A DNA stretch of 63,997 bases, the filler included, from Nemertoderma westbladi (lineage: Eukaryota > Animalia > Xenacoelomorpha), in NCBI GenBank assembly GCA_032718475.1. It is 3 parts of 3 records of this genome, joined end to end, with 100 filler letters (N's around TTAATTAATTAA, not from the genome) between each part and the next. Parts side by side here need not be neighbours in the genome. Positions count along the whole stretch, not along the records: positions 1 to 31,725 come from JAUCBJ010005990.1; positions 31,826 to 56,879 come from JAUCBJ010007447.1; 1 more part is not named here. One strand, 5' to 3'. The translations under genes were made by a program, and so were the position numbers. Every line of letters starts with the position of its first letter. The stretch's first letter is position 1. Shown piece after piece: positions 25,104 to 37,263 of this stretch. The notes under the pieces were generated by a model, which ran no database searches, had not been told where the DNA came from, and saw nothing but the letters and a program-made list of their open reading frames with translations.

Positions 25104-25574
25104 CAACACATGACAAACGCCGAGTTTTATGGTACAATACCACCTGTATCAACCACCCTCCGTGAATGTAGATTAAGATTCAGTTGGCACTGCTGGAGAA
25201 GTAAAGACGAGGTCATACCAGATCTACTTTTCTGGCAACCAACTCATGGAAAGCGTAGTCGTGGACGACTGTTTATGCCCTAACATGGATCAACTTAAAA
25301 TGAAAGCGATACTGGACTTGAGAGAAACGAAATTAGGGCAACTATGGAGAATCGGGAAGTCTGAAAGGCTCTCATTTCCACTGTCCGAGTTTGCTCGACC
25401 TAGTAGTAGATGGAGAATCGGGAAGCCTGGAAGGATCTCATTTCCACTGTCCGAGTTCGCTCGACCTAGTAGTAGTTGGAGAATCGGGAAGCCGGGAAGG
25501 ATCTCATTTCCATTGTCCGAGTTCTCTCGACCTAGTAGTAGTTGGAGAATCGGGACGCCGGGAAGGATCTCATT
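25104..25574 (+). mobile_element. 3' end of RTE family B followed by head-to-tail 66-bp copies of its extreme 3' end (resumes at 27495-27540)
   Basis: Matches 7562-7865(-) and 52620-52928. The unit TGGAGAATCGGGAAG...CTCGACCTAGTAGTAGT recurs at about 25344, 25411, 25477 and 25543. Confidence 0.9.
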
Positions 25575-27486
25575 GGTAATGGTGAAAAATATCGAGACTT
25601 GAAAAATATCGAGAGTAAAAATAACGAGAGTAAAAATATCGAGAGTAAATATAACGAGTGTTGAAAAATATCGAAAATAACGAGTGTTGAAAAATATCGA
25701 GTGTTGAAAAATATCGAGAGTAAAAATATCGAGTGTTGAAAAATATCGAGAGTAAAAATATCGAGTGTTGAAAAATATCGAGAGTAAAAATAACGAGTGT
25801 TGAAAAATATCGAAAATAACGAGTGTTGAAAAATATCGAGTGTTGAAAAATATCGAGAGTAAAAATATCGAGTGTTGAAAAATATCGAGAGTAAAAATAT
25901 CGAGTGTTGAAAAATATCGAGAGTAAAAATATCGAGTGTTGAAAAATATCGAGAGTAAAAATATCGAGTGTTGAAAAATATCGAGAGTAAAAATATCGAG
26001 TGTTGAAAAATATCGAGAGTAAAAATATCGAGTGTTGAAAAATATCGAGAGTAAAAATATCGAGTGTTGAAAAATATCGAGTGTTGAAAAATATCGAGAG
26101 TATAAATATCGAGACTAAAAATATCGAGTGTTGAAAAATATCGAGAGTAAAAATATCGAGAGTAAAAATATCGAGTGTTGAAAAATATCGAGAGTAAAAA
26201 TAACGAGTGTTGAAAAATATCGAGAGTAAAAATATCGAGTGTTGAAAAATATCGAGAGTAAAAATATCGAGTGTTGAAAAATATCGAGAGTAAAAATATC
26301 GAGTTTTGAAAAATATCGAGTGTTGAAAAATATCGAGAGTAAAAATATCGAGACTAAAAATATCGAGTGTTGAAAAATATCGAGAGTAAAAATATCGAGA
26401 GTAAAAATATCGAGTGTTGAAAAATATCGAGAGTAAAAATAACGAGTGTTGAAAATATCGAGTGTTGAAAAATATCGAGAGTAAAAATATCGAGTGTTGA
26501 AAAATATCGAGTGTTGAAAAATATCGAGAGTAAAAATATCGAGTGTTGAAAAATATCGAGAGTAAAAATATTGCATTTTGCTTGAGCATTTTATTTAGAA
26601 TTATGGAACAATATAGCAGTGCATGTGTTACAACAGTGCAAGTGCAAGTGAATGGCATTATGTAATACACCTTGGGTACCCATTTACCAGATTTATTATA
26701 CTAGCTAGTTTTTGCTATTTTTTAAATAAATATTATAAAAGAAGTGCTAGCTATCAATTTTGATAAATATTATAAATATTGTTAAATGTTATATTAGAAC
26801 ACGTATAAGCTACCAAATGTTGATAAATATTTTTGTTATAGAACATTTTTAGTAAAAAAAAATTATCATTCAACCATTATTTAAAAAAATTGTTACTATC
26901 GATATTTTTCAACACTCTATATTTTTCAACACTCGATATTTTTACTCTCGATATTTTTCAACACTCCATATTTTTCAACACTCGATATTTTTACTCTCGA
27001 TATTTTTCAACACTCGATATTTTTATTCTCGATATTTTTCAACACTCGATATTTTTACTCTCGATATTTTTCAACACTCGATATTTTTACTCTCGATATT
27101 TTGTAACACTCGATATTTTTACTCTCGATATTTTTCAACACTCGATATTTTTACTCTCGATATTTTTACCCTCGATATTTTTACTCTCGATATTTTTTGA
27201 ACTCTCGATATTATCGTTATTTTTCAACACTCGATATTTTCAACACTCGATATTTCTACTCTCGATATTTTTCAACACTCGATATTTTTCAACACTCGAT
27301 ATTTTTCAACACTCGATATTTTTCAACACTCGATATTTTTACTCTCGATATTTTTACCCTCGATATTTTTACTCTCGATATTTTTTGAACTCTCGATATT
27401 ATCGTTATTTTTCAACACTCGATGTTTTTACTCGCGTTATTTTTACTCTCGATATTTTTCATGTCTCGATATTTTTCAATATAACC
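25575..27486. mobile_element. Foldback-type non-autonomous DNA transposon (Merlin-like termini) whose arms are tandem 15/17-bp repeats
   Basis: Termini GGTAA.../...TAACC and 8-bp TSD ATCTCATT (25567-25574 and 27487-27494). Left arm (AAAAATATCGAGAGT / AAAAATATCGAGTGTTG)n 25583-26570; inverted right arm 26895-27480. Confidence 0.85.
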
Positions 27487-28463
27487 ATCTCATTTCCACT
27501 GTCCGAGTACGCCCGACCTAGTAGTAGTTGGAGAATCGGACACATGTCCGCATATCTTCTTATCTATCTTCATATCATATCTTGCCCACATATCTTTATC
27601 ACAGCCATAATTGATTGAAAAAGATTCAATGTTATTATATAAATTTGCTCTTTAGTGATGGATTATGAGTTATCTTATTCAATGACATTGGGTTGAGTTT
27701 GTATGGTGGAAATTCATCAGGAAGGCTGTAAGTAAATTTCAAGGTCTGCCATATGCGTGCGTAGCATAGAATTATAATTTTGGCTGGGCGCAGCTTAGCA
27801 AAGTACCAATAAAATTATGCATTGCCGGCCGATTCTGGATGATCAGCTCTAGAAACCAGCCGCCCTTCTTAATCCGCACATGTTGTATGAATGTGTTGTG
27901 CTCTCTCTGAGTCGGAATAGGAAGTGTATTTAGAAGCGAAATTAATCTACATAGTTTATGGCCATTTATCTGCTTATTGTTATGAGGCGTCATGTGTACA
28001 GCACAACAATTAGCTCTACCATTTACATGGTCTGTCCCTTAGTATGCTGTATATGTAATAAGGGTCTTCCTTCTTAATGGTTTTGTAAAGTTCCCAGTAT
28101 TGTAGTATTGTTTACTGTCGAACCTTAGACCAAAAATAATAATTTTAATTTCTAAACATTCTAGAATTATAATTTATTTTCATTATTATACTTTATATAA
28201 TCACACATCTCCACATTTCAATTTTAAATATTGGAAAGAGCAAAATTCAAAAGTCATATAATTCAATAAAGCTGTGAAAATTTGTTATCATCATGTTACC
28301 ATATCATTCTTATATCACAGCCATAAATGATTGAAAGGGTTTAAGTAGCTTCTTCAGAATATTAACTGTAGTTTTTTTTTATTTTTTTTTTAATAATAAT
28401 AATAATTTATTTATAACGCGCCTTTTAAGGGCAATAAATCAAGGCGCAGGTACGCGTACACAA

Positions 28464-31400
28464 TTAGTTAATTACGTATTCTAACGAAAAGTAGTGTGTT
28501 TTCAGCCGCGACTTAAACAATTCCACGGTGTGTGCACTGCGGACCGAATAAGGGAGAGCGTTCCATAAACGGGGCCCGGCAACTGAGAAAGCCCGCCTCC
28601 CGTAACTTTCTAGCCGATAACGAGGCGCAACCAGAGTTAGTTCATCATCACCTGAACGCAGAGAACGATGAGGAATGTACCGGGTCAGCAAATTCTTTAA
28701 ATAGCTCGGAGCATAGCCATTGATACACTTATATACTATAAGTACAATCTTAAAGTCAATGCGTCGCAATACAGGCAACCAGTGGAGATATTTGAGCACA
28801 GGTTTAATATGTTCTCGTTTCTTTGTGCCTGTTAGTAGGCGCGCCGCAGAGTTCTGGACATATTGTAGTTTGTTTATATATTTGTCTGGCAATCCATAAT
28901 ATAACGAATTGTTATTGTCTAAAGAGCTGGTGATAAATGCGTGGATTAGCGTTTCGAGGTCATGTTTTGCTAAACACCGCCGTATTTTTGATAGATTTCG
29001 GATGTGGAAAAACGCACTGCGAACAGTTAGAGATATTTGTTTACTGAACGTCATATAATGATCCATAGTAAAGCCGATATTGCGGGCATCGGTGGTGCAG
29101 CCCACCACGTCGTTACCAATACGTATTTGTGGGTTGTCAACTGATGTGCCAAATCGCGACTGCAGTAGCAGCACTTCGGTTTTCATCTTGAGCATATATG
29201 TGTACATCCATTTCTGAATATCATTTAGGCAATCCTCAGTCACCTGAACTGCTGAATCAATATTTACAGATTTGAAACTGATATATATTTGAGTATCATC
29301 AGCATACAGATGGTATGATAAACCATGCTTTTTTATTACAGCAGATAAAGAGCGTGTATAAATTGTAAATAGTAGCGGTCCGAGCACAGAACCTTGTGGC
29401 AATCCATACTTTAGGTCTCTGTATGTAGAATAATGACTACCAACACGAACTTGCTGTTTACGATCAGACAAATATGATTTGAACCATTTAAGTGCATTTC
29501 CAGTTATCCCTATATCAGACTTAAGAATTTCTAGGAGTTTCTCATGTTCAACCGTGTCGAACACTGCAGATAAATCCAAGAGAACAACTAGCACTGCTGA
29601 ACCTGAGTCGATGCTGCGGAGAATAGAATCATTTACTGAAAGAAGTGCTGTTTCTGTTCCGTGGTGGTGCCTGTATGCGCTTTGCATCGGCTCATGTAGG
29701 TTGTGAAGATTCATATATTGAATCAGCTGGTTTGCGACGACCTTTTCTATTAATTTCGAAATGTAAAGCAAGTTGGAGACCGGCCTGAAGTTTTTAAGAA
29801 TTTCTGGGTCCAATTTTATCTTCTTAAGGACTGGTGTTAACACTGCCTCCTTAAACAGAGATGGAACTGTACCCATAGACAATGACATATTAATAATACA
29901 GGTAATAAGAGGCAGCAGCAGATTGATGGACAGCTTGACCAAGCTCGTCGGCATCGGGTCGCGCGGACTCGTTTTAGATTTCGAGTTATTTATAAGTTCC
30001 TTCGTCTCCTCAGTGGAAATTTCACGGAAAGAGCTAAATCCTTGATCCGTAACCGTTGGGGTGTGAAAAGCCGCCGGGTCACCCAGTCCAATAGGGTGAG
30101 ATTTCGTTTCCGTCGGTGTCGCCATTCCCGCCAATGTCGGACGAACTAGTATAGGAATTGTTTCCGTATGAGCAACCGGCCCAATCGATTGGGCGTTTAC
30201 TTCGGTCAGAACAGTGGGCCCAATCAATGGCCGAGAGCCTTGTTGAGGGTGTAATATATCTCTCCGTATACCTTCAATCTTTTTGTCGAAATAATCTCCG
30301 AATACGTTAGCTAACTCCTCATCAGATTCTCGTTCCGGTAGACAATTCTTCTTGCGATATAATAGTTTATTGATTACAGAATATAGCATCTTTTGGTTAC
30401 CTGAATTATTTCTAATTATATCCCCATAGTAGGATTCCTTTGCAAATACAATAGCATCTGAAACCACTTTGCACTGAGTTCTAAAAGCAATACAATCCAC
30501 TGTAAGTCTAGTTTTATGGTATTTCCGTTCCAACCGCCGGCGCTTCCTCTTTTCCTTAGCTATGTCCTCACTATACCAGGCAGCCTTGATTTCTGTACGT
30601 ACAGTCTTACGTTTCTCCGGGGCATGTATATCCATGATGGTTGTAAGGGTATCATTATATAGTTGCACAACATCGTCAATATTGTTACTATATTGTGGCT
30701 GGCAACACAAAGAATTGCGCAAATCATTTGTGAAATCATCTAACTTGATATTTTTAATATTTCTATATGTGAAAGATTCTGTGGTCACCACAGGCTTCGA
30801 AAGATTCAGATTGAAATGAACTGCGTAGTGGTCGGACAGGCCAATGTCCCGAGCATACACATTCTTGTACATGTGAGACTCATCATTATGTGTAACTACT
30901 AAATCCAACGTATGGCCATGTCTATGGGTCGGCCCGTTAACTAACTGAACTAGACCAAAACAACTAAGGATATTATTAAATTCTATAGCGTCCATATCAG
31001 ACGAAACGTCAACATGGAAATTAAAATCCCCAACAATAGCAATTACTCCCAGTTTTGTAATTGTATGTTGCATGAAGTCAGCAAATTGTTCAAAGAATAA
31101 ATTAGCTGTAAGCCCATTTTCACGGGAGGGATATGTACGATATATGATGATGATCCGAGTAAGTGTGTAACTGTGTGTCATTGTGAACTCAATGTACTCA
31201 AAGCTGGCGTATACTAGATCACACGGACAGCGTTTCAATTTCAGACATAATCTATATATGCAGGCCACGCCTCCACCCCTAGATCGGGTTCTTGGCTCGT
31301 CTCGTAGTGTGTAACCCCTGGGACATATTTCACCAACCACCTTATTGTCATCTGCAGTTCCTTTTAACCACGATTCTGTTATTGCCATAATATCAATCTT

Positions 31401-31718
31401 GTTGTCCACCATATAGTCCTTAATAAAAGCTGCCTTGTTGTTGACAGATTGAGCATTTAATACGCATATATTGATTAAGTCCTTCGTGACAGGTGCACTG
31501 GGAGGCACAGTAGCTGAGACTGTTTCAGACGCAGCTGCAGAAACCAGTGTATTCACAGGAGCAGACACAGAGACCAGCGGGTTAACTGGAGCAGACACAG
31601 AGACCAGCGGGTTAACTGGAGCAGACACAGAGACCAGCGGGTTGACTGGAGCAGACACAGAGACCAGCGGGTTAACTGGAGCAGACACAGTGACCAGCGG
31701 TTTAACTGGAGCAGACAC
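28464..31718 (-). CDS. LINE ORF2: AP endonuclease plus reverse transcriptase (open for at least 1084 aa; true start uncertain)
   Basis: APE motifs NAQSVNNK, ITESWL, GDFNFH, HTLDLV, SDHYAV. RT motifs NFRPVSNL, QSAYR, LLDLSAVFDTV, PQGSVLGPLLF, YADDTQ. Confidence 0.93.
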   Translation of the reverse strand: MSAPVKPLVTVSAPVNPLVSVSAPVNPLVSVSAPVNPLVSVSAPVNPLVSVSAPVNTLVSAAASETVSATVPPSAPVTKDLINICVLNAQSVNNKAAFIKDYMVDNKIDIMAITESWLKGTADDNKVVGEICPRGYTLRDEPRTRSRGGGVACIYRLCLKLKRCPCDLVYASFEYIEFTMTHSYTLTRIIIIYRTYPSRENGLTANLFFEQFADFMQHTITKLGVIAIVGDFNFHVDVSSDMDAIEFNNILSCFGLVQLVNGPTHRHGHTLDLVVTHNDESHMYKNVYARDIGLSDHYAVHFNLNLSKPVVTTESFTYRNIKNIKLDDFTNDLRNSLCCQPQYSNNIDDVVQLYNDTLTTIMDIHAPEKRKTVRTEIKAAWYSEDIAKEKRKRRRLERKYHKTRLTVDCIAFRTQCKVVSDAIVFAKESYYGDIIRNNSGNQKMLYSVINKLLYRKKNCLPERESDEELANVFGDYFDKKIEGIRRDILHPQQGSRPLIGPTVLTEVNAQSIGPVAHTETIPILVRPTLAGMATPTETKSHPIGLGDPAAFHTPTVTDQGFSSFREISTEETKELINNSKSKTSPRDPMPTSLVKLSINLLLPLITCIINMSLSMGTVPSLFKEAVLTPVLKKIKLDPEILKNFRPVSNLLYISKLIEKVVANQLIQYMNLHNLHEPMQSAYRHHHGTETALLSVNDSILRSIDSGSAVLVVLLDLSAVFDTVEHEKLLEILKSDIGITGNALKWFKSYLSDRKQQVRVGSHYSTYRDLKYGLPQGSVLGPLLFTIYTRSLSAVIKKHGLSYHLYADDTQIYISFKSVNIDSAVQVTEDCLNDIQKWMYTYMLKMKTEVLLLQSRFGTSVDNPQIRIGNDVVGCTTDARNIGFTMDHYMTFSKQISLTVRSAFFHIRNLSKIRRCLAKHDLETLIHAFITSSLDNNNSLYYGLPDKYINKLQYVQNSAARLLTGTKKREHIKPVLKYLHWLPVLRRIDFKIVLIVYKCINGYAPSYLKNLLTRYIPHRSLRSGDDELTLVAPRYRLESYGRRAFSVAGPRLWNALPYSVRSAHTVELFKSRLKTHYFSLEYVIN

Positions 31719-31725
31719 AGAGACC
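31535..31725. repeat. 30-bp tandem repeat (encoding SAPVNPLVSV) at the LINE 5' side
   Basis: GCAGACACAGAGACCAGCGGGTTAACTGGA, about 6 copies, ending at the gap. Confidence 0.9.
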
Positions 31726-31825
31726 NNNNNNNNNNNNNNNNNNNNNNNNNNNNNNNNNNNNNNNNNNNNTTAATTAATTAANNNNNNNNNNNNNNNNNNN
31801 NNNNNNNNNNNNNNNNNNNNNNNNN
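31726..31825. other. Assembly gap with a TTAATTAATTAA spacer
   Basis: 100-nt N-run containing an all-frame stop linker. Confidence 0.97.
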
Positions 31826-33312
31826 GTGTGGCAATACAAGGTACAGTAGGAGTGTAATATTCCATCGATAACTATACCTCAATGTAATGAACTGAACACT
31901 ACGCAAACTTTATGCTGAGTCTAGTCCATTTTATACAACTTAATGATTGACAGGATAGAGAAGAAGTGGACCAGCACAAGCATAGTCTGAGTCAGTCCAC
32001 CTTCCAGACATCAAAGTAAGCGCCGATTTCCAAGTAAATTCCTAATGAAATCCAAGTCAAATCCTAAGTGCCTCCAAGTCTGGAATTTGGGCTAAATTTC
32101 ATTTCCAATTAAATCCTAATTCCTATAGTAGTGAATCAGTGTCTTGGATCCTAATAGGATCCTATTAGGATCCAATATGACGTTATTTGAAAGCGGTACT
32201 GTAGATCACGTATGACGTATGACGTATACTGGTATACTGATTAGGCTGTTAAGCGTATACTGGTATACTATGATTAGGCCTAATTCTGTAATTAGACATG
32301 TACTGCATTACCGGACTGCAGGACTGGTCGCGGTCCTGTATTAGTACGTATCACCCTACTACCGGACCGGACCGGTTGCAACTGCCAACTTCAGAACTAC
32401 CGGTAGGCTGGTAGGCCTACTGAACTAACATAGCACTACCGCACCACCGCGCTCCTATCAGCCTCCAGCCTGTTTACGGTTTAATATGTTAATTAAGGAC
32501 AACCAGTAGTTATTATTGGTAGGACCGACACAACGTACTCTGTCTGTTTAACTGAGCCTCGTGCTGCGTGAAGGCCCCACGAATGCGTTCTATTGCTGTA
32601 TTGTGTTTAGTTTATTGTATAAAATAACATGCCACTGTAACCTGCTCCTTTCCCTAAATGGAGAATTTAACATTGAGGTGGGATATTAATTCGCCAAGAT
32701 GGGATTTGCATCCAGTTCCCCCCCCCCCCCCCCCCCCCCCTGTCTCATTATTTCACAGAATATTCTTTGGCAAGTATTTAGTGAAATTTGACACAGTTTT
32801 GGAATATTGTATTTTTTAAAAAGTAATTATAACAAACTTCATAAGTGTGTTCAAGTCCGTTCATAAAAGAGCTGTAAATACAATTAGATGATAATCCTGA
32901 TGTTCCACCCATAGTGTAGTGTGTGTGCATCCTTGCCCGGGTTAATAGATAACAGCCAGGAGGGAGGAGGCTTGATATTTCTACCTTTATCATTCAGTAA
33001 TATTTGATAGGCCCTACTAACTATTTGACAATACTGTTGTATTGAGGACAACAGTCAAAAAGACCTACCAACAGTCTGAAAAACTCACCAACAGACCGAA
33101 AAGGAGTTCCAGATAGTCTACCAACAGTCAAGGGCTTCAAAACACTTCCGATTATCTAAATAGGATTCTTTAAATTCGAAAATAGTGAAAATAATATCAG
33201 CTGAGCCGTAACTAAGGACATTACATAATTCTGCTGTTCTGTAGTACCGTACTGCAGTAGGCCTACCAAGCTGAGACAGTTGTTTAACGCAGCATTATGA
33301 AATCTGGGAATG

Positions 33313-33739
33313 GCATGGACGTTTGTCTGATCGCTTCTGAAAGTCCAAAAAGCCAGCCAACGGTTATATATTATAAAGATTACCGGTATTAGTTTGCGGT
33401 ACTGACACAAATCAACACATTGAGGATTACATTGCGACAGACTGTTATTTTATCATACCAGTATGCGGTACCAGTAGAAGAAAAACAGCGATCCGAACCG
33501 GTAACGGATAAGTGGCATTGGGCAGGTGGGAACAGGGGACCGAATCAGATCGAATACATTCCTAATAATATTGAGGCGATAATCTTCCGATCAGTTGTAA
33601 AATATTGCGGTACGAAATTATACGATGCCTGGATGCCGGCGACGGGTATTCTGCTGCAAACTAATATGATTTTATAAGCCTAATGCTTATAGCTGTTGGT
33701 AGGTTATTTGGACTTTCAGAAGCGATCAGACAACCCATG
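33313..33739. mobile_element. Small MITE-like element
   Basis: Inverted repeat TTGTCTGATCGCTTCTGAAAGTCCAA at about 33322-33347 and 33708-33733. Confidence 0.55.
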
Positions 33740-33964
33740 TCACAGAATTTACACAATTTGCATAAACCCACAAAGCATGTATAGAGCAACACTCGAAAAT
33801 TTAGAAAGCATGTGGAATTTAGATAATTTTATATGTGCACAATAAGTATTTAGAAATATTTATTAAATTATAAGTTATAAGTACACATTTAGATCAATCC
33901 AGAATGTTGTAAAATATACAAATGCTAGTAAAATGTTTAGTAAGCATGTAATAATTTTTAAAAT

Positions 33965-34400
33965 TAGAAATGGCATATTTAACGTTTAAAAAAACATACA
34001 AATACTTGCTAAGGATTTTGTATGGATTTAATGGTTTGTTTAAATTCAAAAAGTCACATTTTCGTTTAGAAAAACATATAAATACTTGCAATGCCTTTTG
34101 TATAGATTTGATGGTTTGTTTAAATTCAAAAAGTCACATTTTGCGTAAAAAACATACAAATACTTGCTAAGGATTTTGTATGGATTTAATGGTTTGTTTA
34201 AATTCAAAAAGCCACATTTTCGTTTAGAAAAACATATAAATACTTGCATTGCCTTTTGTATAGATTTGATGGTTTGTTAAATTCAAAAAGTCACATTTTG
34301 CGTTTAGAAAAACATAAATACTTGCAATGCATTTTGTATGTATTTAAAAGTTTGTTTATCAGGCTTCATTGCAGTAAAACATATAAATACTTGCAAAATA
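33965..34400. repeat. ~79-bp tandem repeat organised as a 158-bp A/B dimer
   Basis: Alternating units GCTAAGGATTTTGTATGG and GCAATGCCTTTTGTATAG. Confidence 0.88.
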
Positions 34401-34427
34401 CTGTACTACCGTATTTTGAAAATGTGG

Positions 34428-34645
34428 GGCGAGCCACGAAGTGAGAGAGCCTTAGCGTAGTGGTACCATTAATCAACCTGTCGTTCTGTCGTTCTGTCGC
34501 GTTTTTTTTTCAGTATTTTATTTTAAACGTTAATAACTCGGCCAATCCTTGATGAAATCTATCCAAACTTGGTACACATGTTGTTTGGCAAAAGTTTGAA
34601 AATTTTCCAAGTAGAATTTGCGTGGGGCCTTCGTGCAGCATCAGT
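34428..34645. mobile_element. Probable Helentron-associated (DINE-1/HINE-like) fragment; related pieces at about 32551-32590, 36578-36930, 38747-38785 and 54715-55070
   Basis: Short (CTGTCGTT) repeat, CCAAACTTGGTACACATG core, shared terminal motif TGCTGCRYGAAGGCCCCACG. Confidence 0.4.
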
Positions 34646-36223
34646 GTAACTGTTATTGTAGTTATAATATATTTATTTATCCAAAATTAACATGCGTTAA
34701 ATTATTATTACTGTAGGATAAATCAGCTGGTTTTCTGACAAATTTTGCAAAACATAGGGGCTGTCTGCCAATCTGCATGTACCATTTGTACCGGTACTGT
34801 CAGGCTGTAATACAGGTCAGCCGGTACCATACACTGCAGACATGCCATATCATGTAATCTAAACATGGCCCCGGAAACCCTTGCAGTGATTATAGTTTAG
34901 GCCTAATTAGCCTAGTACCGGTAATAATAATATAATAGTTTAGATAGTTCAGTAGTTACCGCTAATCATTCAGTCATTGGCACGGTACACCGTATTGCTG
35001 TACTGCCGTTCAGCCGTTGTAGTGCGCACCGTAGGTACCACCCATGCGTAGGCTGACTGTGCTGATTATGGTTTGATTGATTGATTGTTTTTTACACATA
35101 ATTAAACCTTTTAAAATTCACAATAATACATTTATAAAGATTACGTTACGATATTAGGCCTACAGTACAAGGAGGCCTAATAACACTAGATATTTAGGAG
35201 CACCAATACTGATTTATGTAGATAGTCAACTTATAAAATGTTTATTTACTTAAATAAAAGGTTCTGGTGTAAGGATAGCCTCATGAGGTATATACCTCGT
35301 TTCCATGAGGGTCCTATAATAATTTTCATACTCTAATATTTAAAGCTAGTCAGACTGTGGTACCTAAGCTATATACTGTTAGGTATATTGCTGTATTGGG
35401 GTGGGGTTAGGAATAATCCATTTGTTTTAGCATTGAACTGTTGAATCCCCTTATTTATTATAAAACCATTGGAAATATTCGCAAATGCCGCTCCATTACT
35501 GTCTGATGTCTGAAACGCTCCCGGCAGTCCGATGTATCTGGACCCGAGCAGCCGAGTTGCTTCAAGAGGTGATTAACGGGGGAATACTACGGAATTGCTT
35601 GTTTGTCAGTACGATTATATTTGGGTATTTACTACACTCAGACACTGGGAATACGGCGGTCGGTCAGATCGTAATGCGGGCCACTGCCAAGTTCATCATG
35701 CCTCACTCCGGTCACCCACCTTGGAGTGCGGTGGGAAGAGTCCCACTTACTGACTTACGTCGACGACTGGACGAATCGACGAGGATTGCGATCTGGGTTT
35801 AGCGGCGGCCCGGATCCTGGGATCGCCTGGGGGAAATGGTTGAACGTTGGGCAGACGTTATCGCACTGGATTACGTTCTCTGTGACGCGAAAGTGTGAAG
35901 CGAATTCGTTGTCGAATTGGGTCGGAAGCTGCGGGAATTCTACTGTTCTACGGGAGTAAACCGCAGCGGTCCGGTGACTGACTACGGACGGATACTACTG
36001 GGATAAGCAGGTATTTCGATCGAGTTTCTCGTATTCTCGATGCTCGAGGCGGATAGAGAGTTGGTTGTGTTGGGCGGTGTTGTTCAATTCTATCAAACAT
36101 ATTAAATAATTGGTAAAATAATAAAAACACACCAGATAAAGATACTGAGCTTATGGTAAAGAGATAGGCCGAACTTACAATTTCCAAATAGATTGTTCAT
36201 ATAATAAATATATTTTTGGTATT

Positions 36224-36505
36224 TGATTTCAAGATAGGGGGGGGGGGGGGGGGGGGGGGGGGCTGGACGCAATAAAAATTCATCCCTCTCCAGGGGAAAT
36301 TGGACGCAAATAACAACAGCTGATTACTCTCAAAAATAAAACTGTAACCTGTTCTATTGTGTTTACTTTATTGTTTTGGTTAAAATAACGTGCCACTGTA
36401 ACCTGCTCCTTTCCCAAAATTTAGAAATTAATATTGAGGCGGGATATTAATTCGCCAAGATGGGATTTGCGTCCAGTCCCACCCCCCTCCTATCTCTTGA
36501 TTTCA
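36224..36505. mobile_element. MITE family with poly-G/CTGGACGCAA TIRs (copy 1)
   Basis: G-run-CTGGACGCAA ... TTGCGTCCAG-C-run. Internal CTGTAACCTGCTCCTTTCCC is shared with 53782-54017 and 32590-32746. Confidence 0.75.
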
Positions 36506-37263
36506 CTAAAAAATAGAATACATTGCATTTTACTGTTATAATTACTGTATTGAATAAAATAATTAATTGATTGTTTATTAAACCGTGCTAAGCACGTTGA
36601 ACTGGAGCTCTAACAATTCCCCACTAGCGGCAGACAGGAACTGTAAAAGTCTCTGTAGAATTTCTAATTAAGCAATGCTCTTAGGTAACTACTACTAAAT
36701 TTCAGATGAATCTGATCGTTGGTTCTATAATTACAGCTATTTTTACGTTTCTGTTAATTCGCCCCCTAGCGGCAGACCGGGGAACTGTAGAAGTCTGTCT
36801 GTGTGTAGAATTTCTAAATTTTTTTAAGACTACAAGTGTACCAAGTTTGGTTCCATTTCATCCATGATTGACCGACTTATTAGCGTTCAAACATTCCTGC
36901 CACGAATAAAAGCTGCAGGAACTCGAGCGATAATTAATTTATTTATTATTAAATACTGTTTCAATTAAATTCTTTACGAAAATCTAGTCATCTTCTTTTA
37001 AATATGGACCCTGCATTCATGGAAAATATAATATTTGATAATTCATCAGTCACCAGTCAGCCTACGCTAATTTCACAGCAAAGTCCTTGTCATGGCCTGT
37101 GTGTAGTAGGCCATGGTACCACCCTACTACCGGTACCGGCTGACCGGTGGCAACTAGCACTTGCACAGCAACAGCCATACCGGCGATACACAGGTTGAAA
37201 TTTATGTAGAGTTTGCTCAACAGTACAGATATAAAATAGTTATCTAAATTATATTATGTTTTT

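Larger units (their letters stand above)
28390..31725 (-). mobile_element. L2/CR1-group LINE; the 5' end runs into an assembly gap
   Basis: Long APE+RT ORF, short 3' UTR with a GCGCCTT...AAGGCGC stem-loop and a (TTA)n tail. Confidence 0.92.

Noticed and set aside
25570-27618. Long F/I/S-rich ORFs (366, 242 and 153 aa)
   Set aside because: Translations of foldback arm repeats.
31770-31782. TTAATTAATTAA inside N-runs (also at about 56924)
   Set aside because: Scaffolding spacer, not biological.
35485-36080. CpG-rich stretch with short ORFs
   Set aside because: No protein motif, termini or RNA structure that I can support.
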